Positions 47,323 through 61,225 of a stretch of DNA of 64,000 nt are shown here, one piece after another (positions within the stretch are counted from its first letter, which is position 1; each line of letters begins with the position of its first letter). The position numbers and the translations under genes were made by a program. Source of the DNA: Glycera tridactyla (lineage: Eukaryota); the NCBI GenBank assembly GCA_965644265.1, contig OZ286466.1, positions 20,708,001 through 20,772,000 on the forward strand. The letters are read 5' to 3'. The notes beneath the pieces were generated by a model. That model was not told the origin of the DNA, did no database searches, and saw nothing but the letters and a program-made list of their open reading frames with translations.

Positions 47323-47805
47323 AAGAGATCTTTCGGTTATGTCGAAGAGAACCTACATTCGATTTCCATCAGATGAATAACCAGATGAACTCCTTCAACA
47401 AATTTCGATTTTAAAACCGGCTTCTCTATCCAGCTTTCGAGATCGAGCTACTAACCACGAATGTGTCTGCCACACTTGTTGAATCTAGTTCTCTAACATT
47501 CCATACCATCTCCTGTCTTTGTAACACCCCTGATGAGATATCGAACTGGGATTGAATCGTACCTGATGACAAAATCTACCGGTCACAAAATCTACCAAAT
47601 CTGCATTGATTGATCAATTACATGAGTTTGTTGAAATGTAATGGCTCGGAAACACAATACTGACATCACATGTCCACTTTTCTGAGGGTATATCTAATTT
47701 TCCGTGTGTTTATTGAAGTGACAACGCCTAAACTTCCCGGAGAACTCGGTGGATAGCTTCAGAGGGAATGAAAATGACATGCTGTGGGGATCTCATCCAT
47801 AGTGA

Positions 47806-48470
47806 GTGAATATTGCCCGACTGGACAAATATAAATATTTAGGGGTCGTCCTTGACGAACATCTCCTCTTTGACCATCATTGTGAGTATATTATCAGGAA
47901 AGTCTCAGCCAGACGCTCTGCTTTGACACACATTCGGCCATTTATTTCGGAAGAAAGAGCATTATTTATTTACCATTCCCTAATCCAGTCAATCTTTTGT
48001 TTCAACAATTTCCTCACGTGTGGCATGAGTATTGGATCCAAAAAGAGGTTACAAATATGTCTGAATAGCTGCCTACGAATTGTAAAAGGCATGTCAAGAA
48101 GAAATTTCTCAGCAAGTGGTTGTCAAATGAGCCTACATGTACCATATCCTGAGTCACTGACCAAACGTCATCTTGCTGTTGAAATGTACAAGATAGTGAA
48201 AAGAACTGGCAGCCATCAACTACACACTATGGTAGACAGACGTTCGAATATATCCAGTCGCCTTACAAGGCAGACTGCAAGTCTTGATCTAGGCGGTGTC
48301 GTACCCAATTTGCAAATGCGGGCTCGATCCCACAAGGGATTAGACTGTGGAACTCACTCTCCAATGAGGCCTGATCAATAGACTCGGTCTCGTTGTTCAA
48401 GAAACATATGAAAAAGTTGTACTGCCAATGATAATGTCTAAAATCCACGCCGCCAGCTAATTTGTGACGT
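47806..48470 (+). pseudogene. CR1/L2-group LINE ORF2 C-terminal fragment
   Basis: KYKYLGVVLDEHLLFDHHCEYIIRKVSARRSAL...IYHSLIQS...KRLQICLNSCLRIV...LAVEMYKIV. Confidence 0.85.
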
Positions 48471-49150
48471 ATACGATCATTATTTATTCACGATTGTTCA
48501 TTAGAAGTAAGGGATCATGAAAAGTTGTTCTTTATGAAACGCTATTTCTATTCGAGGTCACATTAGTCAGTATATTTGATTTAATTTGAGATGTTTCCCT
48601 GTTAACGGCGCTAGCGGAATGTCTACTGTTTTGTCAATATCACCCAGTTGTGTTAACTCCCAACCACTTATAAATAGTCCATACTCCTTGAATATAATAG
48701 CACAAACTCCTTGAATACAATAGCTTACAATAGTTTGTCCATGTGATACTAGCACCTTTTCAATTCCTCCATGACCAATATTATCCCAGAGACAAAGCCA
48801 TCATGCACCCCTTCCTCCTTACCTCTCATCTCATCCGGGTCACCCTGTAAAGCCATAGTCATCACTCTTCATATTTTGTATATTTGTTTAAAGGCATCGT
48901 ATGTTTCTTGTATTTGTACTAGTTGAGACCTTTTGAGCATGTTACATGACTTCGTCCATTCTTCTTGAATAAAAGTTTTTCAAATCAAATCAAATGGTGA
49001 AATGTGATCCCCAGTCGATATTACGGAGCGAGTTGAGTGCAGCCACTTTCCTTCTACAATCTCTTGTACAATGGGGAGTAGTTCCAGTCAGATGGGCGTC
49101 TAGAAAGGACAGGGATCACCAATTTCCACACAGGAGGTATCTTGGCGTGA

Positions 49151-49235
49151 AGGTAACTGAGTAGAACCACTGTACTCAACACTCTACTCCATCCAGGTGA
49201 GAATGAACACTTAGCTTCAGACAGTGGTGGCGATT
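49151..49235 (+). mobile_element. SINE-like fragment, family A
   Basis: Homologous to 14084-14170. Confidence 0.5.
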
Positions 49236-50149
49236 ATAGAGTGCATGGCATAGTAATCGTGTATCAGTAACTTTATACTTTACCGGGAGATGGGAAAGCT
49301 CGGGATTGAATCTGACCTTACGATATATAATGTATGTGAATATATTAGATCAATTAGGTCATTCTACGTGCACTAAGGATGAATCATTTGAAATCATTAG
49401 CAAAGGTAACTTNNNNNNNNNNNNNNNNNNNNNNNNNNNNNNNNNNNNNNNNNNNNNNNNNNNNNNNNNNNNNNNNNNNNNNNNNNNNNNNNNNNNNNNN
49501 NNNNNNNNNNNNNNNNNNNNNNNNNNNNNNNNNNNNNNNNNNNNNNNNNNNNNNNNNNNNNNNNNNNTCTTTATTATGAAGCGGGACGAAGCCAGGCAGA
49601 AACGACATTCTCCATGTATCAAACGGGTTGAAGCAGCAACCAGACTGTCCATTGAGAGTTGGTAAAGCGGCCTGTCTGGACTAAACCGATTAGATTGTGT
49701 CAAATGTCAGCAGAGCTGAAAAGTAATTAGGATGATGTCACTTTCAACGCAGATTGACGTCACTGGGGAGTCACACGTGCATGGGATTCAAAGTGGCCTC
49801 AAGATAGGTGATATATATGGAGTTGCCGCTGAGGCAAACCGTAGCAAGCCCGGCAAGTATACAGTTTCTTCAATATGTTTCCTGCTCACCATTCTGGTTA
49901 CTGACGTACTTTGCCCGGGACTTGAAACATGTGGATACCATCCTCCTGATGCCCCCCTAAGCTCTGATTTTTCAGCAAAATGGTTTCAGGTGTAAGTAGC
50001 TAATGATTTGCCAGTAGCAGATAACGTCACTATGCAAAAAGCGGGTACCAGGCACACCAGTTCTGGATCACTAGGGCTGCGACTAGGATAACTAGGTTGT
50101 GTGATGGCATTTGTATTGAGAGAATCGGGCAACCATAATTGTAAAGCTG

Positions 50150-50425
50150 GCTTGAAGTTGACAGTTTGTGATTGACAGCTTGGGATCGAGTGTTGCCTGA
50201 ATCTAATGCTTTTCCTTTTTTCTAGTGCTGCGCTTTGGTAAAAAAACGCATTGCTATCAGGCAGCTTCCAGCCAGTTACATAGTTAGATATGCCGTCATT
50301 GGATTCAGTTTGTTCATGTTGAGTAGGTAGACATTTGTCTGAACTGTCAGCTACCTCCACTCGACAAACTTTCAGGTACCCCATCATCTTGTGTTCAGGG
50401 TTTGTGAGGGAGATGTCTGAGTCTG
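50150..50425 (-). mobile_element. Dispersed repeat family C copy
   Basis: tgtctgaactgtcagctacc...ccccatcatcttgtgttcagggtttgtgag; gcattgctatcagg...ttccagccagttaca. Confidence 0.75.
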
Positions 50426-53216
50426 CGAGGTTCACGCACTGACTGAAACACAAACACCAATGAATTTACATTTCGATCAAAAATGTTTAGGTCTATCTGG
50501 TATTCATACCCTGATTGATTATTTATAGCACTAAGATAACATTAGCATATTTTCCTATAAATTGACCTGCTCGGAATACGATATTACTTGTGGCATATCG
50601 GTTCGTGTTGAGCTGAATGGTGGCTAATCGGCCATTTGGCATTGGCAGTTTTAACAGATCCCAACTATTTGTTTACTCTAGTGTCAGTTATTGAGGAGCT
50701 CACCTATCAGCTGTATGCTGACTGGAACTACATTGTATTTTTGTTCTGGAGTTATCACAATGAGATGCGTCATGCAGAGCTGGCAGGTATTTTATGGCTT
50801 GCAATACTATTGATGTCTGATACGCTCATATCAGCCATGACATTGATATTGTAGTATGAATGAAATATAGGATGAATGTTCAATGTTTGAATGAAATCTG
50901 GTTCAAAGGTCTAATGGATGGACATGGTACAATCTCGAGCTTCCCGTGTTTGAATTGTAAATATTCAATACTAATGTAGTGTCGGGCTTATTCGATATGT
51001 ATTTGTGATACCTCTTCCGATAACCTATTCTCTATTGTTTGAAGAATGATTTGCTTTCTCGCATTCACTTACGAAAGTAGTCATTGTCTGATGCGATCGC
51101 GGAACACAGATCTATTTCGCTTCGAATTCGGAAATCTTGGACAGGTTGATGGCCTCTGAATTATGTTCACATTGGCTACACGATCGGAATATGTAGTTTG
51201 AACAAGCTTTGCCTGAATATCATGCTCACTGTTCTCTGTGTTATTTCCCCCCCAGGTCACTTGCAGAGGTCAATATAGGCACTTTTACTTTCAATGCAAA
51301 TGGGCACTTTTGAGTCACCTGTGAACTGTGTGAGGGACATCTGGTGGCGAGTACTCTGGAGTACACACATATTATACTATCATGGTGGCAACCCACCACA
51401 AGGTGACAGTGCCAAATGGAGACTGGTTCTGAGTGCTTGATTGAATTTAACAAACAATCGATTGATGCATGCATTCGGCGACAGAGTTTAACATCCTGTG
51501 CACAGTTTGAACATAGTTAACTAATGCTTGTTGATGTATCAAATATCTCCAACGAACGAAGCTATATATTTGATTCCTACCTGTATTTCTGTCACGGCTT
51601 AACCAAGAGTTGAACATGATGGATTCTGTTTCGATCGAAATGTTCTTTATGTCCAGTCGTCACATGTGTCTGCGTGCTCTTAGATATACGATATCAGACG
51701 CACCTGCTTATATTGTGCACGCATTTGTGAATAGGAAGCATACAAACCCCAAATAGTTGCTCATTATCCAGATTAAAGTAGATATAGACGATGGGAGAGG
51801 ACCTGAACGTTTCTCTTCATAGTCGGCAACACCAGTCAGTGTGTGTATAATTAAAATTATACCCAGAGATTTATACTATGGTGTAGAACTGGAGGGCTAT
51901 TAGGGGAGGAGCCTATGGGCAAGATACTATGGAGTATTGTATATTTGGTGGTATATTGCTAGTGGACGCGGAGCCCCCCCCCCCCTCCAAAAAAAAATGA
52001 AAAAATCCAGTGCTGTAGAAGGTGTGAATGCCTTTCAATCCAAATTATATCCTCCCTCAGCATGGTATGATCTTGTCCTATGATAAAATACTTCTTTGTT
52101 GACTATCGATCTTGCATGTATACAATTGAATGTATACTGATAGATGTTTCTTCTTTTCATGTATACTGATAGTTGTTCCTTCTTTTCTGTTGGGATTGGT
52201 GCTTAGTCTTGGCGGCTCATTTTTTTGTAATTATTTCGTTCATATTGGTATGTATGAAACTTTTGGAATAATTATATTGATTTTGAAGAAAAACGAATGG
52301 ACCTCTGTGTAAGAGCCTGATTAGCATATGCGAATGGGATCAGCATTTAAATCAAAATTATACACAGAGGATTATTTCATGGTGTGGAATTGGATGGCTA
52401 TAATGGGAGTATCCTGAGACATTTCATGGTATGTTGGTAGTAGGCGTGAAGGCCTTGAAAGATTGATACTACCGACTTAAGATTATGTAATAATGTCCCG
52501 GTAGTGATCATATATGCATGGAGGCCATAAAAAACTACGATGGGTCGTCATCCTTAATTTTCCGCTGAATGAAACCACTCCGATTTTGTTCCACCAATCT
52601 CCCGGCTGTTTTATAGGATCCTTGTCCTAAGTGGCAGCACTCAGGTGTAATGCCCCTCTCCCAGTAATTTCATGCGCCACTTGGGATGCAAGATATGTTT
52701 ACATAACTATACTGCATCACTAGATGACACTGTGCTGAAAAACCTACATTGCATTTGAGAACTATCATTCGGAACTTTTCTATACAGATGGCACACTACC
52801 AGCGTTCCTCACCATGTGAATTGGATAAATGCACCAGAAGTTATATTCAGCTGTCCCCCCAAAATCACCGTTTTCACTTTATGAATATTACTCTTGTCTA
52901 ATCCAGTTGATTAAAATACTGCAGCATCCACCATTTCGAAACAAAATCCGCAGGTTGCTACATGTGATAGGTCGGGATATTTGAATGAGCTGTTGAACAT
53001 ATAATTCAAATCCAGAAATCCTGTAATTACTCTTGATATAGTATGGGATTGGGATGTGTTCAGTCCAGTTAAGGTATCGAGGAACCTCATGTGTGCATGT
53101 CATCTTATAGGCGATGCATGTCCTTTACTTCTCTATATATCATTGGTACAATAAATTATAGGGAGCATTAGTAGTAGGCAGTAAAAGTGTGCATCGAGAA
53201 CTCATTTCAACACCAT

Positions 53217-53433
53217 AATGAATGAGAAACATAAGTTTCTACATCTGTCATTTTGATTAATGATCAGTGGTTCTCTCTCCCATACACCCTAGGTGACTGT
53301 AAGCTCTAGTATATGGATCGAGAAATCATTCTAAAACCCCAATGAATGAGAAACTTGAGTTTTCACATCTGTCATTTTGATTGATGATCAGTTGTGTTTT
53401 CCTCTCATACACCCTAGCTCACTGTAAGCCCTA
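53217..53433. repeat. Diverged direct duplication, ~124-bp period, 2 units
   Basis: aatgaatgagaaac...catctgtcattttgatt.atgatcagt...catacaccctag...actgtaagc at ~53217 and ~53341. Confidence 0.85.
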
Positions 53434-53499
53434 CTTAGGAGAAGTGATTGAATATTCCTAGCTCGAAATCAGATCGGATGAAATAGTGCGATCTCTTGA

Positions 53500-54900
53500 G
53501 AGAGATCCTGCTCTCCCTGACCTTAGACCAACACTAATACTTTCACAGCCTTTAACCGCAGTCCTTGCGGAGGGACTGCCGATTCTCAGCCGAAGCAGCC
53601 AACTATGGTGTACAATCAGATGCCCAGGTACGGGTATCCCTCATTCGTACCACATTACTATTTTTAATTCTCAAAAGATACGTTCATCCATGGCAGCATT
53701 AGGTGAATTAACATACTCTCGTTTTGAGTGAATATTGCAGGGGAATCGTCTAATTATCTCGACCATGTAGGGTATGATAAATCAAACACGAGATATAGCT
53801 CATCTGTATACTAGAGATTGATAAATATATGATGAGTGCATTTTCCGCCGTGTTTCCTACCAGAATACAGACACTGATAACCTAACGAGGAATTAAGAGA
53901 CGATCGTTAGATTGATGGAGTTTCCAGTTGTTGCACACATTTTTATGGAAGATCCTCCTCTGCCATCATCTTCAAATTTGTTCTTTGCAGAATTGTCAGC
54001 ATCTGAGCTATATCGTAGGTATTTAATCAATTCTCATCAAGTTCTTGATGCCGATTACCGAACAGGGCAGCTTTTTCAAACAGTGTCATCACAAAATGTC
54101 TCTAATATCTGCATGATAAGGGTCTTGTGATACCAAATTGGAGGATCATCAAGTAGAATATGAATCATTCTACTCATTCCTCGTGCATTTTCACTGATTT
54201 CCCACAGGAGAATTGCATGTGGGCATTTTTTCTGTACATACTCTAACTGAGTGGAAATAGTGTCTCTCAAGGTGTATATCGATACAGAACTACTAATATG
54301 ATGCCCCTCCTACACGTGAACGGGCACAGCATACTTGTTCTCGAGGGCAGCTATCCAACTGCTTGTCCAGTGAGGGGGTGTCTCAGTTTTGAAGCGGAGC
54401 AGCTTCATTGTGATGATTGTACCTATCTTCATGTGTGGAAATGCCGAAGTTCGAGATGGCTGATTCAGCAAATTCTCCAAAATGCGCTTTTGCGCATTGG
54501 TTCAATTCAATATCTGCCAATATACCATTATATTTGTAGTGACCAGGTCTTGTCAATAATAATTCTAGATCAATGTAAGGGGTATGTGAGAGGATGGCTG
54601 TTGTTTAACTCATCTGAAAACTAGGAGGAAAGCTGCACTGGTAACTGTGTATGTATAGGGTGCCGTATGTATCACTTCGGAAGATGGCTCATAACGTGCC
54701 CAACAAGGACATGTGGTCCATTCATAATGCACTCCATCCGCATGGAACATTATGTGCCATAATGGAGGCAATTGATAACTCGCTGGTGATTCGCCATATC
54801 AGTTTCATTGATCAAATGCAAGGAATGGCTTCATATGAGGAAATTCCAAAACAGATAATGTAATAACAAAACATGATACATCGGCATCCTCAATGAAAGA
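53500..54900 (-). pseudogene. Highly degenerate L1/Tx1-like LINE RT
   Basis: Ordered remnants: WTSSWIAALENK (cf. SWIKLLY), KKCPHAILL (cf. QGCPLSPLLF), ETFCDDTV (cf. YADDT), YPYLGI (cf. KYLGI), GLRLKAVKVLVL. Confidence 0.5.
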
Positions 54901-55814
54901 GAAGATTGTTCTGGTGTTTGGCTGATGGGGATCAAGACCCTAAAGAGATACATTATGACTTCATTATGATGGGCGTCAGGAAGGTATTATTTGTGTTTTA
55001 TGAACCTCTGATCGAAATGCCTAATGTGCCATCTGTTCTGTCTAATCAGCTCCTGAAATTAGATGCAGTGTTCATCAGTGTATATTGTCTTATATCCAGC
55101 GTTAAAATAAGTAACTCATTGGCCGGGACTTCATGTGGGAGGAATGGGATGAGTGGGGGCCGTTATGGAAGGGGGATTCCGGATACATTTTATTGCATGC
55201 ACATACAAGTTGCTGCAACGAAAACAACATGAATCCATCTTGTCAACACAAATCACCAACATCATTCTCTCTTTCTTTCTCCATCACGCATACTCTCCCC
55301 CTCTCTTCCTCTCTCTCCCTTTCTCTCTTTGACACACTATTTTCATACTTCACGCATCTATATCTGTACCCGATGTTCAATGGGCATCTACGATCTTTCG
55401 GGTATTAATTGACATTCAATGAGTATCCCCATCCATCCCCAATATTCAATATTCATTTTTCCCCAAAATCTAGAAAGTAACTTCCATCTATTCCCGACAT
55501 TCAGAGATAACTATCATCTAATCCGAACATTCAATTAGCAACCACGCTTTGTTCCCATCATATGCTGAGTAACTAATATATGTAATAGATATGTGATGTC
55601 GTCATTACAATCAATAATTCTACGAGGATCATATTCAACAAGGAAACCCCGACATGGTGATGAAACCCATTTGAAGATGGCGAAAAAAGCTGATGACGTG
55701 GGAGGAAATATTCAAAGAAGGTGGTCTGTGACAAAGGTCAACACTAGTACCACAAAGACAAGAGATATCGACCAGGGGGGTTGGTTTGGTTTGCTTGAGG
55801 TATTTATCAACACA

Positions 55815-55880
55815 TAGGATTATGTATGCCATGTAATTCTGGTCGATGGAAGCTAGATGTTATTCCCCTGCGGATATCAC
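55815..55880 (+). mobile_element. Dispersed repeat family C fragment
   Basis: taggattatgtatgcc...tctggt..atggaagctagatgtt is shared with 61491-61540. Confidence 0.65.
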
Positions 55881-57695
55881 TTGCAGATATCAAACGCTTT
55901 TTCATGGACTTAAGATCCTTCGAATGTTTCATAATTTGTCGTAAGTCCATCATAAGCTTTCGGATCTCCATGATAATTTGCCTTACCGGTAGTGACCCTG
56001 GCTGATTTTCTAACTTAATCACATCCATATCATTTGAACATTATTTCTAAAGTTATGCTTGTTGAATTCAATGAAATAGGCTGAGATGAATTGTCATTGA
56101 TGACTTCTGAGCCTGAACTAAGTTCCGAAATGAGTCATGGTGGCATTGTCAGCTTGTTAGTAGGCCACTTTTTGGCCATAATCCTTTGTTGGACCCAGGA
56201 TTAGGAGATTTCCACAGAGCTGAGATATAAATTCGTATACTGAGCTGGACCTCTCAACACAAGATTATGTAGGTTTATTGGTTGTTTGTAGCATGACGTT
56301 TGGCTGGTCGGTTGTTTGACGCTCTGCTAGCATCATCTGAACTATATCGAGACACATAGTGGGGGGGGGGGGTAGAGGGAGAGAGAAGGGGTGTCACACT
56401 TTATATCACACTTTAATCGTTCACGGAGGGCAGATTTGCTAATGAAAATCATATGGCCAAGATGTACATGCACTTTTCTGTTCTTTGTGACATTGGGACA
56501 TTTATAGTGCCATATTCATGGCATTGCTAATATTATAATTATGCAACTCTGGACCTAGGGATATGATAACGGTGAAACTTGTAGAAATTTTGTGAGTTCT
56601 GTAAGCTTTGACCATCATAGATAGAGAAGATAGCGAGGTTATGAATGATGATTGGCTAACCTTAGATACTTTTTACTGCATACAAGCCAGACAATTTTAT
56701 ATATGCTGAAACTGACAGATCAGAGCCACTTGGTCAGCACGAAATATCAAACTATAGACAATCGTCCCGTAACTCATATGTATTCAGGCATTTGATAAAG
56801 CAAGGGAATCTCCAAGGTGAAGTCAGGTATTGTTATTAGTATTTCCTTTGTGGAGTGGAGTGGATATCTAGTCAGTCGAATGATCTCAATACTCACCGAA
56901 TTATGCTGATTATATCGGAATTTCAAATGTAACTCCCCGAGAAGCGTCCATGATCTTGTACAATATATCAGATCATTAATGTCTTGTTTAAGGATTTCTA
57001 AGAACGTCTTATATCCGTTAACTTCTGGACGAGATTAAGAACAGATACCAAACAAAAAAAATTCGGATTTTCTCGAGCTTTTGAGATAACAGGCATTGTG
57101 AAATACAGATCAATTTTAACCATTGTCATGAAAACGAGCCCAAATGATTCAGTGACTTTTCCATTATGTCTTGTTGGCAAGACCACTCTGGCTTAGAGCC
57201 CCATTTTTTTGGGTAGTTATATGTCCAACATGAGAGACAATACCTGACCAGAAAGTGACGATGGCCCAGCTGATAGTTTGTGTTCAATCCGCCTTTTGGT
57301 GGACAATCGTTGACATTTTCAGAATGATATTCAGTATCTGTGATTTTCACTTGATGCTCCCTCTTTCATCTGGACCCAGGAGGAGTTCTGAACGTTTACA
57401 TCCAAGCCCATTGCTAAAGCATCTCACGAGGAACCGAATAGTGCTCACCAGACATTGAATAACCAAGCATTCAATGAGCATACCCAGATGTACCACCGTT
57501 AGTTTCATCTGTGTTGAGAAATAAAGATAGGGATCTCAACTAAAGGCTATGTCCACTTGATAACATTTGTGATCTCCTGTCCTCTGTGTTCAGACAGAGT
57601 TAGTGATGCCCGCGGGGAATCATTCAGCTCTGGAAAACATAACATACGCAAACCAATGACCAAAGCACAAATAACCAATCACACAATCAACCAAC

Positions 57696-57726
<31 letters not shown>

Positions 57727-58204
57727 ACAAAAAGCCGAACAACCAACAATCGATGTCTCAACCACGCGTCTTTAGACGCCAAATAATGGGGTTTCACCTG
57801 ACACCATGAATATCGTTCACTACATAGATGCTATATTGAGACAGCCGTGCAATAGGACCAGGGTTTGATAATCGTAGTGACAGGGGCTGGTGGTTATGTA
57901 AATTACATTCACCTAAACGTCTGTTTATTCTCCACAGGGGACAACACATTACTCGGGATAGCTAGCTGCTCTATGCGGATATGTTGATTCTCAACAAAGA
58001 GGCCCACATACCCTGCTCTTTCTCTTTCTTTTTCCCATAGGATCACCTGCAGCAGTAAGAGAGCCCAGACATCCTGCGGGGTTCTCAAGATCAAAATCAC
58101 ATTCGATAGCCTTTACTACTATGTGTTACTACACATATTGCCTAGTGGTGCTTTAGCTTCATCAACGTTACATTTACGTCCGTCAATTTACATGAGCCAG
58201 TAGT

Positions 58205-58271
58205 TGTAAATCTATACCACCACCAATAACTCCACCACCCCGGCCACCTCCAACACCAGCAGCAGCACAAC

Positions 58272-58302
<31 letters not shown>

Positions 58303-58410
58303 ACGACTACCACCACCACCACAACACCACCACCACAGCAACAACAACAGCAACCACCGACGCCGTCTCCGCTGACCAAACACCACCAATACCACCCTCG
58401 CTACTACCAC
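58205..58410. repeat. (CCA/CAA)n low-complexity block
   Basis: Direct inspection. Confidence 0.9.
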
Positions 58411-58415
58411 TGGTC

Positions 58416-58890
58416 ACAAGAAGCTGTCACAGACAGTGTATCCCTCGCCATGAGTGCTTTTTCACAAAGGACAAAAACTCCNNNNNNNNNNNNNNNNNNN
58501 NNNNNNNNNNNNNNNNNNNNNNNNNNNNNNNNNNNNNNNNNNNNNNNNNNNNNNNNNNNNNNNNNNNNNNNNNNNNNNNNNNNNNNNNNNNNNNNNNNNN
58601 NNNNNNNNNNNNNNNNNNNNNNNNNNNNNNNNNNNNTCAAAGTTTGTGTTTGAATAGAGGAGTCTCCAGATGTAATCGACGCAATAACATCTCCAAAAAT
58701 AATCTGATCATGAAAACCTGACAATATGCACTGCATAACCTTATGATGATCATTCTGTGAAAGTGATAATCGGTGATAATCGGATGTAAAATGAATGAGG
58801 AGTTGCACAGCCAAGAAAGTGTGACGGACTGACGGACTGACGGACGGCCACTATTTTAATATCCCTACGCCTTTCGGCGAGGGATAATAA
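58416..58890 (+). mobile_element. Helentron-associated non-autonomous element (HINE/pearl-like)
   Basis: 5' ACAAGAAG start; subterminal TATCCCTCGCC (58439-49) inverted to GGCGAGGGATA (58876-86); (GACG/GACT)n microsatellite; 3' stem-loop tatccctacgcc-tttc-ggcgagggata. Confidence 0.7.
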
Positions 58891-59539
58891 ATAGCACCAG
58901 GTCTTTTGAACAAGAGCCCCCCCCCCGCTTGTAATCAGCTTGGCTGAGAGAACAAAATACAGGTGATTATGTCATGATAAACTCCGAGAAGTAATATATG
59001 ATGAGAACCAATCTTCGGGGCTGTGGCAAGGCATAGTAGAATAAATTGTTCTAGCAGCTATTTACCTGATACAAGCAGACTTCCCATATGATACTTTTTT
59101 GTTATTGTGACACGCAATATGCATGTGATCAATGGAAGGATCAATAATGAGTGGAAGTGGTATTGATAATGGAAGCAGTGTCGGGTTGAGGTGCCAGTGG
59201 TGATGCTATCAGTAGTGATAAGTAGGTTGGTTGGTTCTGGTCTAACGTCACAACAGCTCTATTTGTCTTATAGCATGACGTTAATGCAATGGTCAGAGGT
59301 GGGATCATTCAGAACTCCTCCTCCAAGGTCTTCAACGGAAGGTAAGAATTTATGAAATTCAGAGAAACCCAAGGTGTCCTTTCTGTTATTAAAATGTTGA
59401 CTGGGCCACCACTTGGCCGGAGTAATAAGTAGCAATATAGTTGTAGTGGTACTATTGATAAAGTGACATCAGTAGTAGTAACATCAGTGATTCTAATGAA
59501 TTGGTGGTAATAGTAGGTGATAGAAGTAGCACCTATAGT

Positions 59540-59795
59540 GATGGTAATAGTAGCAAATGTTATCAGTAGTAGTGATAATGATGGTGAGGATCGCAGTGGT
59601 AATATAAGTTAATATGAATAATTGTTATTATATTATTATTATAATCATTATTATGAATATTATTATCATTATCACTTATGAATATTATTATCATCATCAC
59701 TATAATTATCATTATCATCATTATTATTCCTATTATTCCTACTATTATTATTATCATCATTCATATTAATATTATTATCATTATCATTATTATTG
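59540..59795. repeat. (ATT/ATC)n low-complexity block
   Basis: Direct inspection. Confidence 0.95.
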
Positions 59796-59799
59796 AGGG

Positions 59800-60650
59800 C
59801 CACTCCAGGGTGGATGATATCAGAATACGTTCTGGACTTCTGGACTTCATTTATGCACCACCAAAGGTACACTACTCGTTGGACATGAGAATACAGGTAG
59901 AATTCAATCGGATCCACACCTTGAGGACGACACTACCACATGGTCTCAACAGCATGGAAAAGGCCCCAAGGGCCACAAATTGCAGGAACATCCAAGGTGC
60001 GATTCCTCGGAATCGCATCAGGGAAATCCGAACCTAAAAAACCTGCCAGATCCCTTCCCAAGAATGGCACTTTGTGGGGGGGGGGGGGGGGGATCCGGAG
60101 GGATTCACCTGCCACACACGTATACATCTTTGAACTTATCCAGTGGACCCCAATGGACTTCCACCCAGCCTGGGCTGGGAAAATAGTCAATTGCCATGAT
60201 ATCTTAATGTATCATCCAAAGGACTGTGCTTCATAGTCCTTCACGGTTTGATGAGAACATCCATTCTCCATGTAATGCATGATTTCTTTATCAAGAATAA
60301 AAATAGAGCGCTGATTTTCGCCATGAGTCCAAAAAGTGCGTGCAAGGCCCCCACGACTGGGCTCAAGGACCTGAGGATAACCATTAGCAAGGGAACCCAC
60401 CCCATTGCTACCAAGAACGAATGACGGGACTAATTTGATTTACACCATGTATCCAAGTGATGGCCCTCCGTGGTGCCAGACCCAGGGTACTACCCTGGGA
60501 CTGTCGTCATGTGGGGCAAATCACCAGGATACAAACTGGGGCTCGCCCTAGACCACTACCATTTAAGAATTTATTCTATCACTGGGCTGCCTTTTTCAAA
60601 AAGACAGCACTGAAATCAAATTATCTTTTGGAAGTTCCGAGAGATACTCT
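59800..60650 (-). pseudogene. Very degenerate PLE-type RT fragment
   Basis: Ordered remnants: LVAMGWVP (cf. GxAMGSP), tggatgatacattaagatatc (cf. WxRYIDDI), TLDV (cf. FLDV), YLYSH. Confidence 0.4.
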
Positions 60651-60702
60651 ATAGGGCATTTCTGAAGGGGGCTCACCCCCCCCCCCCCCATCAGGAACGA
60701 AA

Positions 60703-60748
60703 GTGTCTGATGAGGGGGAAGAAATCCCCGAAACCGGCTTTGCACACC
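60703..60748 (+). ncRNA. Hammerhead ribozyme-like motif, canonical core, imperfect stems I and III
   Basis: GUGU-CUGAUGA-G-GGGGA(AGAAA)UCCCC-GAAA-CCGGCUUU-GCAC. Confidence 0.45.
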
Positions 60749-61043
60749 ACTTAAACAATTGGAGGACTCCTCTATTTATCTTGTGGGGGAGAATATAGGG
60801 GCCATTGGGGACAGTGATATGGGCTTCTACACAGGAGCTCATGCACAGTCTCCTTGGGCATCACAGGCCTTGTGACACCTGTCATTGCTGTGCCCACAGG
60901 CTGCCAGGTACACATTGTCTATATTCTCCTGTGACGTCACGCATCGAGCTAGTGATTGTGATGTCACACAAAATAGCGCACGAAGGATGCGTCTTTCAAA
61001 CCCTGGACACTCCCTGAGTGCAGGACGTTCTAGCCTACACACT

Positions 61044-61225
61044 GATTATTATCATTATTACTATTATTATTATTATTATTATTATCATCATCATCATCAT
61101 CATCATTACTATTATTATCACTATTATTATCATTATTATCACTATCGTTAACATCATTATCATCATCATTACAATCACTATCATTATTATTAGATTATTT
61201 TTATCATTACTTTTATTACTAATAG
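61044..61225. repeat. (ATT/ATC)n low-complexity block
   Basis: Direct inspection; abuts an assembly gap. Confidence 0.95.

Larger units (their letters stand above)
46120..47420 (+). mobile_element. 5'-truncated Penelope-like element (Poseidon-type): GIY-YIG C-terminus plus 3' UTR/pLTR
   Basis: VLVDTQRNKFDRWVMESIHIRMTEPNLNRDAGAFHLANV*DQVI matches the PLE endonuclease end (KEAIYIR...PSLNRD.G); a hammerhead-like 3' region follows. Confidence 0.75.

Noticed and set aside
47520-47550. CTGATGA-GATATC-GAAC near the PLE end
   Set aside because: GAAC instead of GAAA, only a 2-bp stem II, and no stem I.
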